A program made the position numbers and the translations under genes. From NCBI GenBank assembly GCA_964643955.1, contig CAZXUO010000001.1, forward strand, positions 171,828 to 235,827: 64,000 bases of DNA, given 5' to 3'. Below are positions 47,266-55,115 of this stretch, piece by piece. Below the pieces are notes generated by a model. The model did no database searches. It saw nothing but the letters and a program-made list of their open reading frames with translations, and had not been told where the DNA came from. Every line of letters begins with the position of its first letter. Within the stretch, counting starts at the first letter, position 1. The DNA is from an uncultured Candidatus Saccharibacteria bacterium. Its GTDB lineage: Bacteria > Patescibacteriota > Minisyncoccia > Phycocordibacterales > UBA918.

Positions 47266-47949
47266 ATGGACTGGTTCTATATCTCAATTGCACTTGCTGC
47301 AGGTTTAGTTCCTGCGCTTTTTTGGCTCTGGTTTTGGCTTCGTGAAGATAAAGCACGACCCGAGCCGCGCACACTCATTATTTCCTCATTCCTCGCAGGC
47401 ATGCTCGTCGTTCCTGCAGTGTTGCCACTACAAAAATTTGCCACACAACGTTTCTCGGGTGACGAACTGATTTTTGTATGGGTCGTTATCGAAGAAGTGC
47501 TGAAATACAGCGCAGCGCTCATTGTTGTGCTTTGGAACAAAGCGGTCGATGAGCCAATCGACGCAATTATCTACATGATTACGATTGCACTCGGCTTCTC
47601 TGCACTTGAGAATGCGCTCTTCATTTTCAATCCATTGGTCGCCGGACAATTTATCGAGTCAATCATCACCGGACATTTCCGTTTTCTTGGTGCAACTTTG
47701 CTTCACGTACTCGCATCCGGCACCGTTGGTGTGTTGATGGCATTTGCATTTTATAAACGAAAAGCGGTGCGTATTGCGTATGCAACGTTTGGGTTATTCA
47801 TAGCCATTGCATTGCATGCGCTATTCAACTTTTCTATAATGGGAGCACGCGGAGAGACTATACTTTCGGTCTTCCTACTTGTCTGGATTGGCATCATCAT
47901 ACTCTTCCTTATTTTTGAAAAAGTTAAGCGCATCGCGCGACCTCGATAA
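47266..47949 (+). CDS. PrsW-family intramembrane metalloprotease
   Basis: D…PEP, IEEVLK, GFSALEN, LH, LHALFN. Confidence 0.9.
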   Translation: MDWFYISIALAAGLVPALFWLWFWLREDKARPEPRTLIISSFLAGMLVVPAVLPLQKFATQRFSGDELIFVWVVIEEVLKYSAALIVVLWNKAVDEPIDAIIYMITIALGFSALENALFIFNPLVAGQFIESIITGHFRFLGATLLHVLASGTVGVLMAFAFYKRKAVRIAYATFGLFIAIALHALFNFSIMGARGETILSVFLLVWIGIIILFLIFEKVKRIARPR

Positions 47950-47956
47950 CATAGCT

Positions 47957-48442
47957 ATGGCTCGAAAACCTTCATTCATCCAACGTCTCACTGGTGCAGT
48001 GTCTATTCGTGAATATGACGATGAGATAGAAGATGACCTCGATGAGGATATGCGCGACGATGACGCGCGCGAAAGTGCATGGCAAGAGCCTGCACAAGTC
48101 CAAGAAGAAGGTGAACTCCCTATCGATATGTACCAGACCGGAGAAAAGATTGTCATTCGCGCACTCATTGCCGGTGTAAGTCCAGATGACCTCGATATAG
48201 CGATCACACGCGACATGGTGACTATCAAAGGAGGACGCGAGGAAAACCGCGAGGCACCGGACGAAGACTATTACCATCGCGAGCTCTACTGGGGTGGATT
48301 TTCACGCACCATTCTCCTTCCCGAAGAGATTTTGATTGACGAAGCAGAAGCAAAAGAGAAGCACGGTATGCTCGAAATTATTTTGCCAAAAGTAGACAAG
48401 GACCGCAGTACGAGACTCAAGGTAAAGACAAAGGCGGGATAA
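47957..48442 (+). CDS. Hsp20/alpha-crystallin small heat-shock protein
   Basis: IDMYQT, TIKG.R, E.YWGGFSRTI.LP, GMLEI.LPK. Confidence 0.9.
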   Translation: MARKPSFIQRLTGAVSIREYDDEIEDDLDEDMRDDDARESAWQEPAQVQEEGELPIDMYQTGEKIVIRALIAGVSPDDLDIAITRDMVTIKGGREENREAPDEDYYHRELYWGGFSRTILLPEEILIDEAEAKEKHGMLEIILPKVDKDRSTRLKVKTKAG

Positions 48443-48450
48443 GAAATAAT

Positions 48451-48480
48451 AAAACCGCCGGCCTAAAGGCCGGCGGTTTT
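48451..48480. terminator. Bidirectional terminator
   Basis: AAAACCGCCGGCCT-AA-AGGCCGGCGGTTTT. Confidence 0.8.
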
Positions 48481-48483
48481 TTG

Positions 48484-48502
48484 GTGCTTGGGGCCGGGTT
48501 CG
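48484..48502 (-). repeat. 19-bp direct repeat of tRNA-Phe 3' end
   Basis: GTGCTTGGGGCCGGGTTCG identical to 48670-48688. Confidence 0.9.
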
Positions 48503-48670
48503 GTCACGAATCACTAAGTCTTTTGTTCACTTCGTTCCAAAAGACTAAGTGTTCGCGACCCCACCTTGGCGCTTCATCCCGCAACGCGGGCGCACCTCCG
48601 GCTTTCTCACCCAGCCAGCAATACATGAGAATAAAAAAGGCCTGCTCGAAGCAGGTCTTTTTTATTCTTG

Positions 48671-48743
48671 TGCTTGGGGCCGGGTTCGAACCGGCGACCC
48701 CTTCCTCTTCAGGGAAGTGCTCTACCAACTGAGCTACCCAAGC
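48671..48743 (-). tRNA. tRNA-Phe(GAA)
   Basis: GCTTGGGTAGCTCAGTTGGTAGAGC…, loop CTGAAGA, GGTTCGAACCC. Confidence 0.95.
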
Positions 48744-48796
48744 GTCGCTCTATGCTATCGCAAAAAGAGCCTCTAAACAAGGCAAAAAAGCCTTAT

Positions 48797-49075
48797 TTAC
48801 TCCATCATCGAGTCAAAAGCCTTGAACCCCGGCAATTCCCCTATTCCGAGACGAAACTGCTCGTACGAGCCTCCAAAGGCCTCAAAATAGGGCTCAAGGA
48901 CGTAGAAGTAGACTGCAAATGGCAGACCGATGAGGAGCGCAAACCAGATGATCCTGATCCAAAAATCAATAATGCTATTACGGTAGAGTTTCTTAACGAG
49001 AGCAGTGTTCTCGCGCACCAAATCGCTGTTCTCCTTGATTAAACGACCAAGCTCACTGTGAATATCAGATTCCAT
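48797..49075 (-). CDS. Small membrane protein with N-terminal coiled coil
   Basis: ENSDLVRENTALVKKL followed by a TM helix. Confidence 0.7.
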   Translation of the reverse strand: MESDIHSELGRLIKENSDLVRENTALVKKLYRNSIIDFWIRIIWFALLIGLPFAVYFYVLEPYFEAFGGSYEQFRLGIGELPGFKAFDSMME

Positions 49076-49217
49076 AGTGCTATTCATTATATCAAAGCAG
49101 CTCTCATTTAAGCCAAAAGTTGTTCAGTAGCATTGTTAAAAAGCAGATACTTGACTTTTCTTGAAATTTATAGTTAAATCCTCGACAGGAAACGCACCTA
49201 TACACGGAGGATCTCGC

Positions 49218-49916
49218 GTGGAAACATCACGCATCTATGGGTCGAAGAGCAATCTGCGACCCATCTACGTCATGCATGAGGAGGGTCTGGAGTCATCACA
49301 TCTCCAGGCCGTCCTCGATGGTGTCTCTGCGGTCTGCAGGATCGCGGGCGTCGCCGACAAGGTCGGGATCCACAATCTCGGCGCTTGGAGGGGTTCCGGT
49401 TGGCGCGCGGGCAACACGCTCACCAGCTGGAACAGCATCGACTGGTATCTTGCGCATACGCGCAACGCCAGTCGGAACGACCGCCAGCTCCACGGCGGCC
49501 ATCTCATGCAACTGCTCTACAACGAGCCGTGGCAGGAGCTTGCGCCGCACTACGATATCGTGGTGACCCATTCGGATCTGTACGACGACGGGTGCAACTT
49601 CTGCATCGGTCTCGCGATCCGTGGGCTCGGCACGGTCATCTCGACCAACCGGTTCATGGGGCTGGATGCCCGCGCCGCGCGCGAGTGCATCATCACAGAG
49701 ACAATGCACGAGGTCGGTCACGTCTTCGGGCTCGTTCCCGAAGATCGCACCGACAACGTGGAGATGTCGCTTGGGTTGCACTGCACCAACCGGTGCATCA
49801 TGCGGCAGGGGCTCTCGGTGCCCCATGACTGGGTCACGATTACGAACGATCGGCTTGCGGGACATGAGTTCTGCTCGACCTGTCGTCGTGATCTCCGTCG
49901 TTTCTTCTGTACCTAG
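49218..49916 (+). CDS. Archaemetzincin-like (M54) zinc metallopeptidase
   Basis: HEVGHVFGL…HCTNRCIM…FCSTC; GGAGG SD before GTG 49218. Confidence 0.8.
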   Translation: METSRIYGSKSNLRPIYVMHEEGLESSHLQAVLDGVSAVCRIAGVADKVGIHNLGAWRGSGWRAGNTLTSWNSIDWYLAHTRNASRNDRQLHGGHLMQLLYNEPWQELAPHYDIVVTHSDLYDDGCNFCIGLAIRGLGTVISTNRFMGLDARAARECIITETMHEVGHVFGLVPEDRTDNVEMSLGLHCTNRCIMRQGLSVPHDWVTITNDRLAGHEFCSTCRRDLRRFFCT

Positions 49917-49974
49917 CGAGCTTCGGCTCAACCCGCTACGTCTTCGGACCTCTGGCGGGCTTTCTTTTGTCTTA

Positions 49975-49996
49975 GTGCCCTCGGCAGGAATCGAAC
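49975..49996 (-). repeat. 22-bp direct repeat of tRNA-Arg 3' end
   Basis: GTGCCCTCGGCAGGAATCGAAC identical to 50116-50137. Confidence 0.9.
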
Positions 49997-50113
49997 ATTA
50001 CATGTTCAGTACAGGTTGCCGATAATTTTTTCACACGTTCAAAATTATCTGGCAACCTTTTCGATTCCGTGCGACCAACACAAAAAGCCGGACGGGAGTC
50101 CGACTCTTTATGT

Positions 50114-50188
50114 TGGTGCCCTCGGCAGGAATCGAACCTACATCTTTCCCTTAGGACGGGACTGCTCTATCCATTGAGCTACGAAGGC
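50114..50188 (-). tRNA. tRNA-Arg(CCT)
   Basis: GCCTTCGTAGCTCAATGGATAGAGC…, loop GTCCTAA, GGTTCGATTCC, CCA end. Confidence 0.93.
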
Positions 50189-50224
50189 AAAACATCGCTC
50201 GGTGGTTCGTTCAAGCGTACTTTA

Positions 50225-50262
50225 GCACAAAACCGCCTCGCGGATGCGAGGCGGTTTTGTGC
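50225..50262. terminator. Terminator hairpin
   Basis: GCACAAAACCGCCTCGC-GGAT-GCGAGGCGGTTTTGTGC. Confidence 0.8.
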
Positions 50263-50267
50263 GTACC

Positions 50268-50504
50268 TTATGCCATTCCGAGCAGCTCTTTTACCTTTCC
50301 CTGATCAAAACCAACCACCACATCATCACCAATCTTGATGACGGGTACGCCCATTTGTCCGGTCATCTCGATCATCTCCTTTCGTTTTTCAAGATCCGAA
50401 GCAACATCGAAATCCTGAAATGATACGTTATTTTCGGTGAAAAATTCTTTAGCAGCGTGGCAGAAGTGACAAGATGGCGTGCTGTAGATAGTTACTTGTT
50501 CCAT
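50268..50504 (-). CDS. Glutaredoxin (NrdH/YruB-like)
   Basis: IYSTPSCHFC, GQMGVPVI, VGFD. Confidence 0.92.
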   Translation of the reverse strand: MEQVTIYSTPSCHFCHAAKEFFTENNVSFQDFDVASDLEKRKEMIEMTGQMGVPVIKIGDDVVVGFDQGKVKELLGMA

Positions 50505-50585
50505 ATGATGTGGGCTAAAACTCGTAAGTGCACCGTAGTATACCAAATGAATGCACGCTGGGAAATAAAATGTAGGGCTGCGTTT

Positions 50586-50969
50586 TCACGCAGCCCTGTC
50601 GAAAAACATTTTTGCATGCGGTCCATTGATGAGCATGCCGCGACGCCCCTCCCAGTATCCTGGGATCACTGCCCACATGACTATCGCGATCGGAATCGCT
50701 CCGTGTCGCTCCACATTCAGAACCTCAACTTCAAGACGCGTATCGGGGTAGCAAATGAATAGGTCGGCGCCGCGAGTCTCAAAGAGCACTCTCTGTAGGA
50801 GTGTAGACTTTCGGCGAAACCAAAAAGCCCACACTGATTGCCGCTTCTGCATCTCCGTTTCAAACGCCATGTATTCACGCACGCGCCATTCTGGCTGCGG
50901 TGCTGCACGACGGATGAATGGTTCATCCGTAAAAATGTCATTCATTCTCTCCTCCCGAGAACAGATCAA
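50586..50969 (-). CDS. Hypothetical protein
   Basis: ORF fills the gap between co-oriented genes; no recognisable motif. Confidence 0.45.
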   Translation of the reverse strand: MICSREERMNDIFTDEPFIRRAAPQPEWRVREYMAFETEMQKRQSVWAFWFRRKSTLLQRVLFETRGADLFICYPDTRLEVEVLNVERHGAIPIAIVMWAVIPGYWEGRRGMLINGPHAKMFFDRAA

Positions 50970-51029
50970 AGCATACTATTGCACGGAATATATCGGTATT
51001 CAATATATGTCACGCACAAAATGTCTGCC

Positions 51030-51413
51030 CTACCGCCAAAAAAGTAAACGTGAGAAAAAACCTCGTTCCTCTTCTGGTGGCGGCGGGAGCGGAGTGGTTG
51101 TCGCCTTCTCTTCATCCATAATAATGACTGCACGCTCGCCTTCCTTTACGACATCATACCGATGCCGAATCTCGTCTTCGATGCCGCGCGTACTTTGCAT
51201 GTATGCAACCTTCGTCTCAAGTGCCGCGGCGCGCGCATTGAGCTCAACGAGCTCAGCCGAACGTTCAGCGTACTTCACCGCCGTCTCTCGCTCCTTCTGA
51301 TACCGCTCAAATACACTTACACTCAAAAGTCCTGACGCGACGAGGAGAAGCGCAATCGAGGTGCGCGAAAACAACCAACTCTTAATTTTTCTTTTTTCGT
51401 GAAAGTCGAACAC
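51030..51413 (-). CDS. Septum formation initiator (FtsB/DivIC-like)
   Basis: TM, coiled coil, G.E.EIR.RY.VVKEGE. Confidence 0.75.
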   Translation of the reverse strand: MFDFHEKRKIKSWLFSRTSIALLLVASGLLSVSVFERYQKERETAVKYAERSAELVELNARAAALETKVAYMQSTRGIEDEIRHRYDVVKEGERAVIIMDEEKATTTPLPPPPEEERGFFSRLLFWR

Positions 51414-51472
51414 GTATGATATTATAGCCCCTGAAACGGCCCCTCAGGCCTTGTCCATAATACCAACGCACT

Positions 51473-51577
51473 ATGCTTTTTCATAAAAACACCAAGACTG
51501 CCGTGAAGTGGATCTGGATTATCCTTTCAATCCTGATCATCATCAGTATGGTCTTTGCGTACTCCGCAGGCTACTAG
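51473..51577 (+). CDS. 34-aa single-TM peptide (MLFHKNTKTAVKWIWIILSILIIISMVFAYSAGY)
   Basis: Basic N-terminus plus hydrophobic helix; CATAAT upstream; fills the gap before lepA. Confidence 0.6.
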   Translation: MLFHKNTKTAVKWIWIILSILIIISMVFAYSAGY

Positions 51578-51579
51578 CG

Positions 51580-53376
51580 CTATTCTGAGCGCACCATCTT
51601 CATAAAGACATCCTGCGGGATGTTTACCTTTCCCATTTCTTTCATACGCTTCTTTCCTTTCTTCTGCTTTTCACGGAGTTTCATTTTTCGCGTAATATCG
51701 CCGCCGTAGAGATAGCCGGTCACATCCTTTTTAAGCGCAGAAAGCGTGCGTGAGGAAATAATGCGACCACGCGCTCTTCCTTGAATCTTTGTAACAAACA
51801 TCTGACGAGGGAGAATGGTATAAAGCTTTTCAACCACCGCTTGTGCCTCGAGCTCCGTGCGGCGCGCACCAACAACACGCGCAAACGCAGGGACGATCTC
51901 GTCAGCAACAAGTATGTCGAGTCGCTCCACGTCCGCAGGACGCATACCGGTAATCTCATACGAAAGCGAAGCATACCCTGAGGTCGCATTTTTGAGCTTA
52001 TCGAAAAATGTACGCATGAGTTCACGGAGTGGCATGTCGACATGAAGCAAAGTACGTCCGTCGCCAAACACTTCTGTGTTGGTGATCTCTCCTTCGTGGT
52101 CATAGAGAAGCGTCATGGTCGGACCGAGATAATCCGGTGGAACAATGATCTGCACATCGACCCACGGCTCACGCACCGATGTGGCTGCGCCATGATCAGG
52201 AAAACGCGACGGCGCATAGATGAGCTCGGTATTGCCCTGCGGCCACGTGACCTCGTACGCGATCGATGGCGAGGTGATCACAAGCTCAATATCAAACTCA
52301 CGCTTCAGACGCTCGGTAATAATCTCGAGGTGGAGCATACCGAGGAAACCGCAGCGGAAGCCACGCCCGAGTACACCCGAAGATTCTTCTTCATATGAGA
52401 GCGAAGAATCAGAGAGCTTGAGACGATCGAGCGCTTGGCGGAGCATCGTAAAATCATCCTGACTCTCAGGAAAGACTGACGCCCACACCACGGGCTTCGG
52501 TTCGAAATATCCTGCGAGCGCTTCGGAGCCGCTCTTCGTGCCGATGAGCGTGTCTCCGACTGAGGCAACGCCCGGCTCTTTGATACCCGTCACAATGTAC
52601 CCGATCTCTCCTGCGCCGAGCTTTGGTACCGGATTTTCTTCGGGCGAAAGCATGCCCACTTCAAGCGCGGTAAATGATTTCTTCGCAGCGGCGAACGAAA
52701 GCTGATCACCTTTTTTCACTGCGCCATCAAACACGCGCAAGAACACGATAATGCCGCGATGATTTGAATATTGAAAATCAAAAATGAGACCTCGAAATGC
52801 GTCAACACTCGGCGCGCGTGGCGGCGGAATGGTCGCGCAGATATAATCCAAAAGTTCTGAGACGCCCTCGCCTGTTTTTCCCGACACGCGGCGGACATCT
52901 TCTTTTGCACATCCAAGCAGCGTCACGAGCTCACTCGTCACCTCGTCAATGCGCGCATGCGGCACATCAATTTTTGAAAGCACCGGGATGATCGTGAGGC
53001 CTTCGTCACGTGCCATCTGGAGCGTGGTGAGTGTCTGTGCCTGCACGCCTTGCGTAGAGTCAACGAGCAGGATCACGCCCTCGACAGCTTTGAGTGCACG
53101 CGAAACCTCGTAGGAGAAATCGATGTGTCCCGGCGTGTCGATGAGATTGAGTTCATACTCACCTTTTGCCATAGAGCCCACGGGCGTATACCGCATACGA
53201 ACCGGCTGCATCTTGATCGTGATGCCGCGTTCGCGCTCGAGCTCCATAGAGTCGAGCACCTGCTCTTTCATCTTGCGCGCCTCGACAGTCTTTGTGACCT
53301 CAAGCATGCGGTCAGCCAAGGTCGACTTGCCGTGGTCGATGTGCGCAATAATACTGAAATTACGAATGTGTTCCAT
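51580..53376 (-). CDS. lepA: Elongation factor 4
   Basis: IRNFSIIAHIDHGKSTLADR, DTPGH, GFRCGFLGMLH, YGGDITRK.KL.EKQK.GK. Confidence 0.98.
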   Translation of the reverse strand: MEHIRNFSIIAHIDHGKSTLADRMLEVTKTVEARKMKEQVLDSMELERERGITIKMQPVRMRYTPVGSMAKGEYELNLIDTPGHIDFSYEVSRALKAVEGVILLVDSTQGVQAQTLTTLQMARDEGLTIIPVLSKIDVPHARIDEVTSELVTLLGCAKEDVRRVSGKTGEGVSELLDYICATIPPPRAPSVDAFRGLIFDFQYSNHRGIIVFLRVFDGAVKKGDQLSFAAAKKSFTALEVGMLSPEENPVPKLGAGEIGYIVTGIKEPGVASVGDTLIGTKSGSEALAGYFEPKPVVWASVFPESQDDFTMLRQALDRLKLSDSSLSYEEESSGVLGRGFRCGFLGMLHLEIITERLKREFDIELVITSPSIAYEVTWPQGNTELIYAPSRFPDHGAATSVREPWVDVQIIVPPDYLGPTMTLLYDHEGEITNTEVFGDGRTLLHVDMPLRELMRTFFDKLKNATSGYASLSYEITGMRPADVERLDILVADEIVPAFARVVGARRTELEAQAVVEKLYTILPRQMFVTKIQGRARGRIISSRTLSALKKDVTGYLYGGDITRKMKLREKQKKGKKRMKEMGKVNIPQDVFMKMVRSE

Positions 53377-53430
53377 AGATACGATAGGTACCCACTGTAC
53401 CGAAAAGAACGCCTCTTTACCAGCGTCGAG

Positions 53431-55104
53431 CTATTCGGTCTCCTGTGGAGCGATCGGACGACTCTTCCAAAATCGATGATGAAGTGAGGTGCTTACTTCC
53501 GTCAATTCTGGGCTTCGCGCACTTGCGAGGAATGCAATTCCGGCAGCAATTCCGATAAGTCCTGCAATCACTCCCTGCATAAAGATACCCATGAAGGTCT
53601 CTACACGGAAACCATCAACGAGTGCGTTGAGTGCGATATATGCTGCGGCAGACGCGGTGATTGCGCCACCCACTGAGCGCAAAAATACACCACCGAGATC
53701 GCTCGCGATGCCACGCCCGTACTGATATACAAAAAGACCCGTAAGCACAAATCCATGGATAAGGAATACTGAAGAAAATGCGAGCGGAATGATAAGAATT
53801 TCTGTTCCGGCAACATCCTCAACACGGAAGAAGTCACTGAGGAAGCGTGCAAATGCCGGATGTTGTTCGTAGAAAATAAAGAGGTACCCTGCAAGGAAAA
53901 TAGTGAGTGTCGAAGAAAGCGCGGTTACTAAAAGTGGTGTACGCGTATTGCCTGCCGCGTAGTATGCGCGCACCACAAGTAGATGAACCGCTTGAGACGC
54001 GAGCGCGACGATGAAGAGCGCAAGCGCAGCAGCAGTGAGGCGCGTATCATCCCAATCAAATGCGCCTGAGCCAAGCACGACGCGCACGAGCTGTGCGCGC
54101 AGTACAACGACGAGCGCAAGCGCAGGAATTGACCAAAAGATAATGTGCCTAAGTGCCGTGTAGACGTGCTGCACAAACGCAACACGATCTCCTTCAGAAA
54201 AAAGTCGCGCGAGCGTAGGGAACGCCGCAACTGAGTACGACACGCCGATGATTGCGAGCGGCACAGATTGTAGATTGTACGCAAACTGCATGACCGCGAC
54301 CGAGCCGGTCGCCATAAATGTCGCGAGGCCCGTGAGCGCAAGCAGTACGAATTGCTGCAGCATGAGCGTGAGTGCACGCGGCACCGACACCTTGAGAATC
54401 CTGCCGAGAAGCTCGGTATCAATCTGCATAAGCAAGCGTGGCGAAAGTCCGCTGTGGTGTACAAATGGAATCTGCACGGCCATGTGTGCGAATGCACCAG
54501 CTACCACACCGATTGCCAATCCTTGAATACCCCAAATCGGATAGAGCCACGCGATTCCGACAATAATACCGACGTTGTAGAGGAGCGGACTGATCGCGTA
54601 CAGTACAAACTTTCTATGGAGCTGGGTCACGACACCAAACAAGCTCGAGAGGCTGAGCAGGAATGGCTGTATAAGCATGATGCGCATCATGCTTACGAGG
54701 TGTTGTTGCTCAAGCGGCGAAAAGCCCGGAAAGAACACGTGGCTGATGAGCGGCGCAAACATAAAGATAACGAGTGCAACCGTTGCGTACCAAATGAGAA
54801 ACCACGTGAAGACCGTCGAGATCAGCTCGCGCGCACGCTCAGTGCCTTCGAGGATTCGATCGGCAACAAACGGAATCAATACGTACACCGAGAGCATCGA
54901 CGCAAACGCAACAAACAAAAGATCAGGAATGCGAAACGCAGCGTAGTACACGTCGAGCGTCGCATCAGCACCAAACTGATGCGCCATCAATCGATCTCGA
55001 ATGAGCGCGAGGATTTGAGATCCAAATGCAAAGAGTGCCAAGATATACGCTGCCTCATGGAGGCCACGTATTTCTCGGTACAACACTTGCAGTACGCCGC
55101 GCAC
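53431..55104 (-). CDS. murJ: Lipid II flippase MurJ/MviN
   Basis: RDRL.A..FG, Y.AAFRIPD, S.AAFP.LA, G.F…DT..TA, RAYYA…TRTP. Confidence 0.9.
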   Translation of the reverse strand: MRGVLQVLYREIRGLHEAAYILALFAFGSQILALIRDRLMAHQFGADATLDVYYAAFRIPDLLFVAFASMLSVYVLIPFVADRILEGTERARELISTVFTWFLIWYATVALVIFMFAPLISHVFFPGFSPLEQQHLVSMMRIMLIQPFLLSLSSLFGVVTQLHRKFVLYAISPLLYNVGIIVGIAWLYPIWGIQGLAIGVVAGAFAHMAVQIPFVHHSGLSPRLLMQIDTELLGRILKVSVPRALTLMLQQFVLLALTGLATFMATGSVAVMQFAYNLQSVPLAIIGVSYSVAAFPTLARLFSEGDRVAFVQHVYTALRHIIFWSIPALALVVVLRAQLVRVVLGSGAFDWDDTRLTAAALALFIVALASQAVHLLVVRAYYAAGNTRTPLLVTALSSTLTIFLAGYLFIFYEQHPAFARFLSDFFRVEDVAGTEILIIPLAFSSVFLIHGFVLTGLFVYQYGRGIASDLGGVFLRSVGGAITASAAAYIALNALVDGFRVETFMGIFMQGVIAGLIGIAAGIAFLASARSPELTEVSTSLHHRFWKSRPIAPQETE

Positions 55105-55115
55105 GGTATGGATGA

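Noticed and set aside
48481-50338. Short ORFs overlapping tRNA-Phe and tRNA-Arg (likewise those over rnpB at 57527-58111)
   Set aside because: They overlap confident RNA genes
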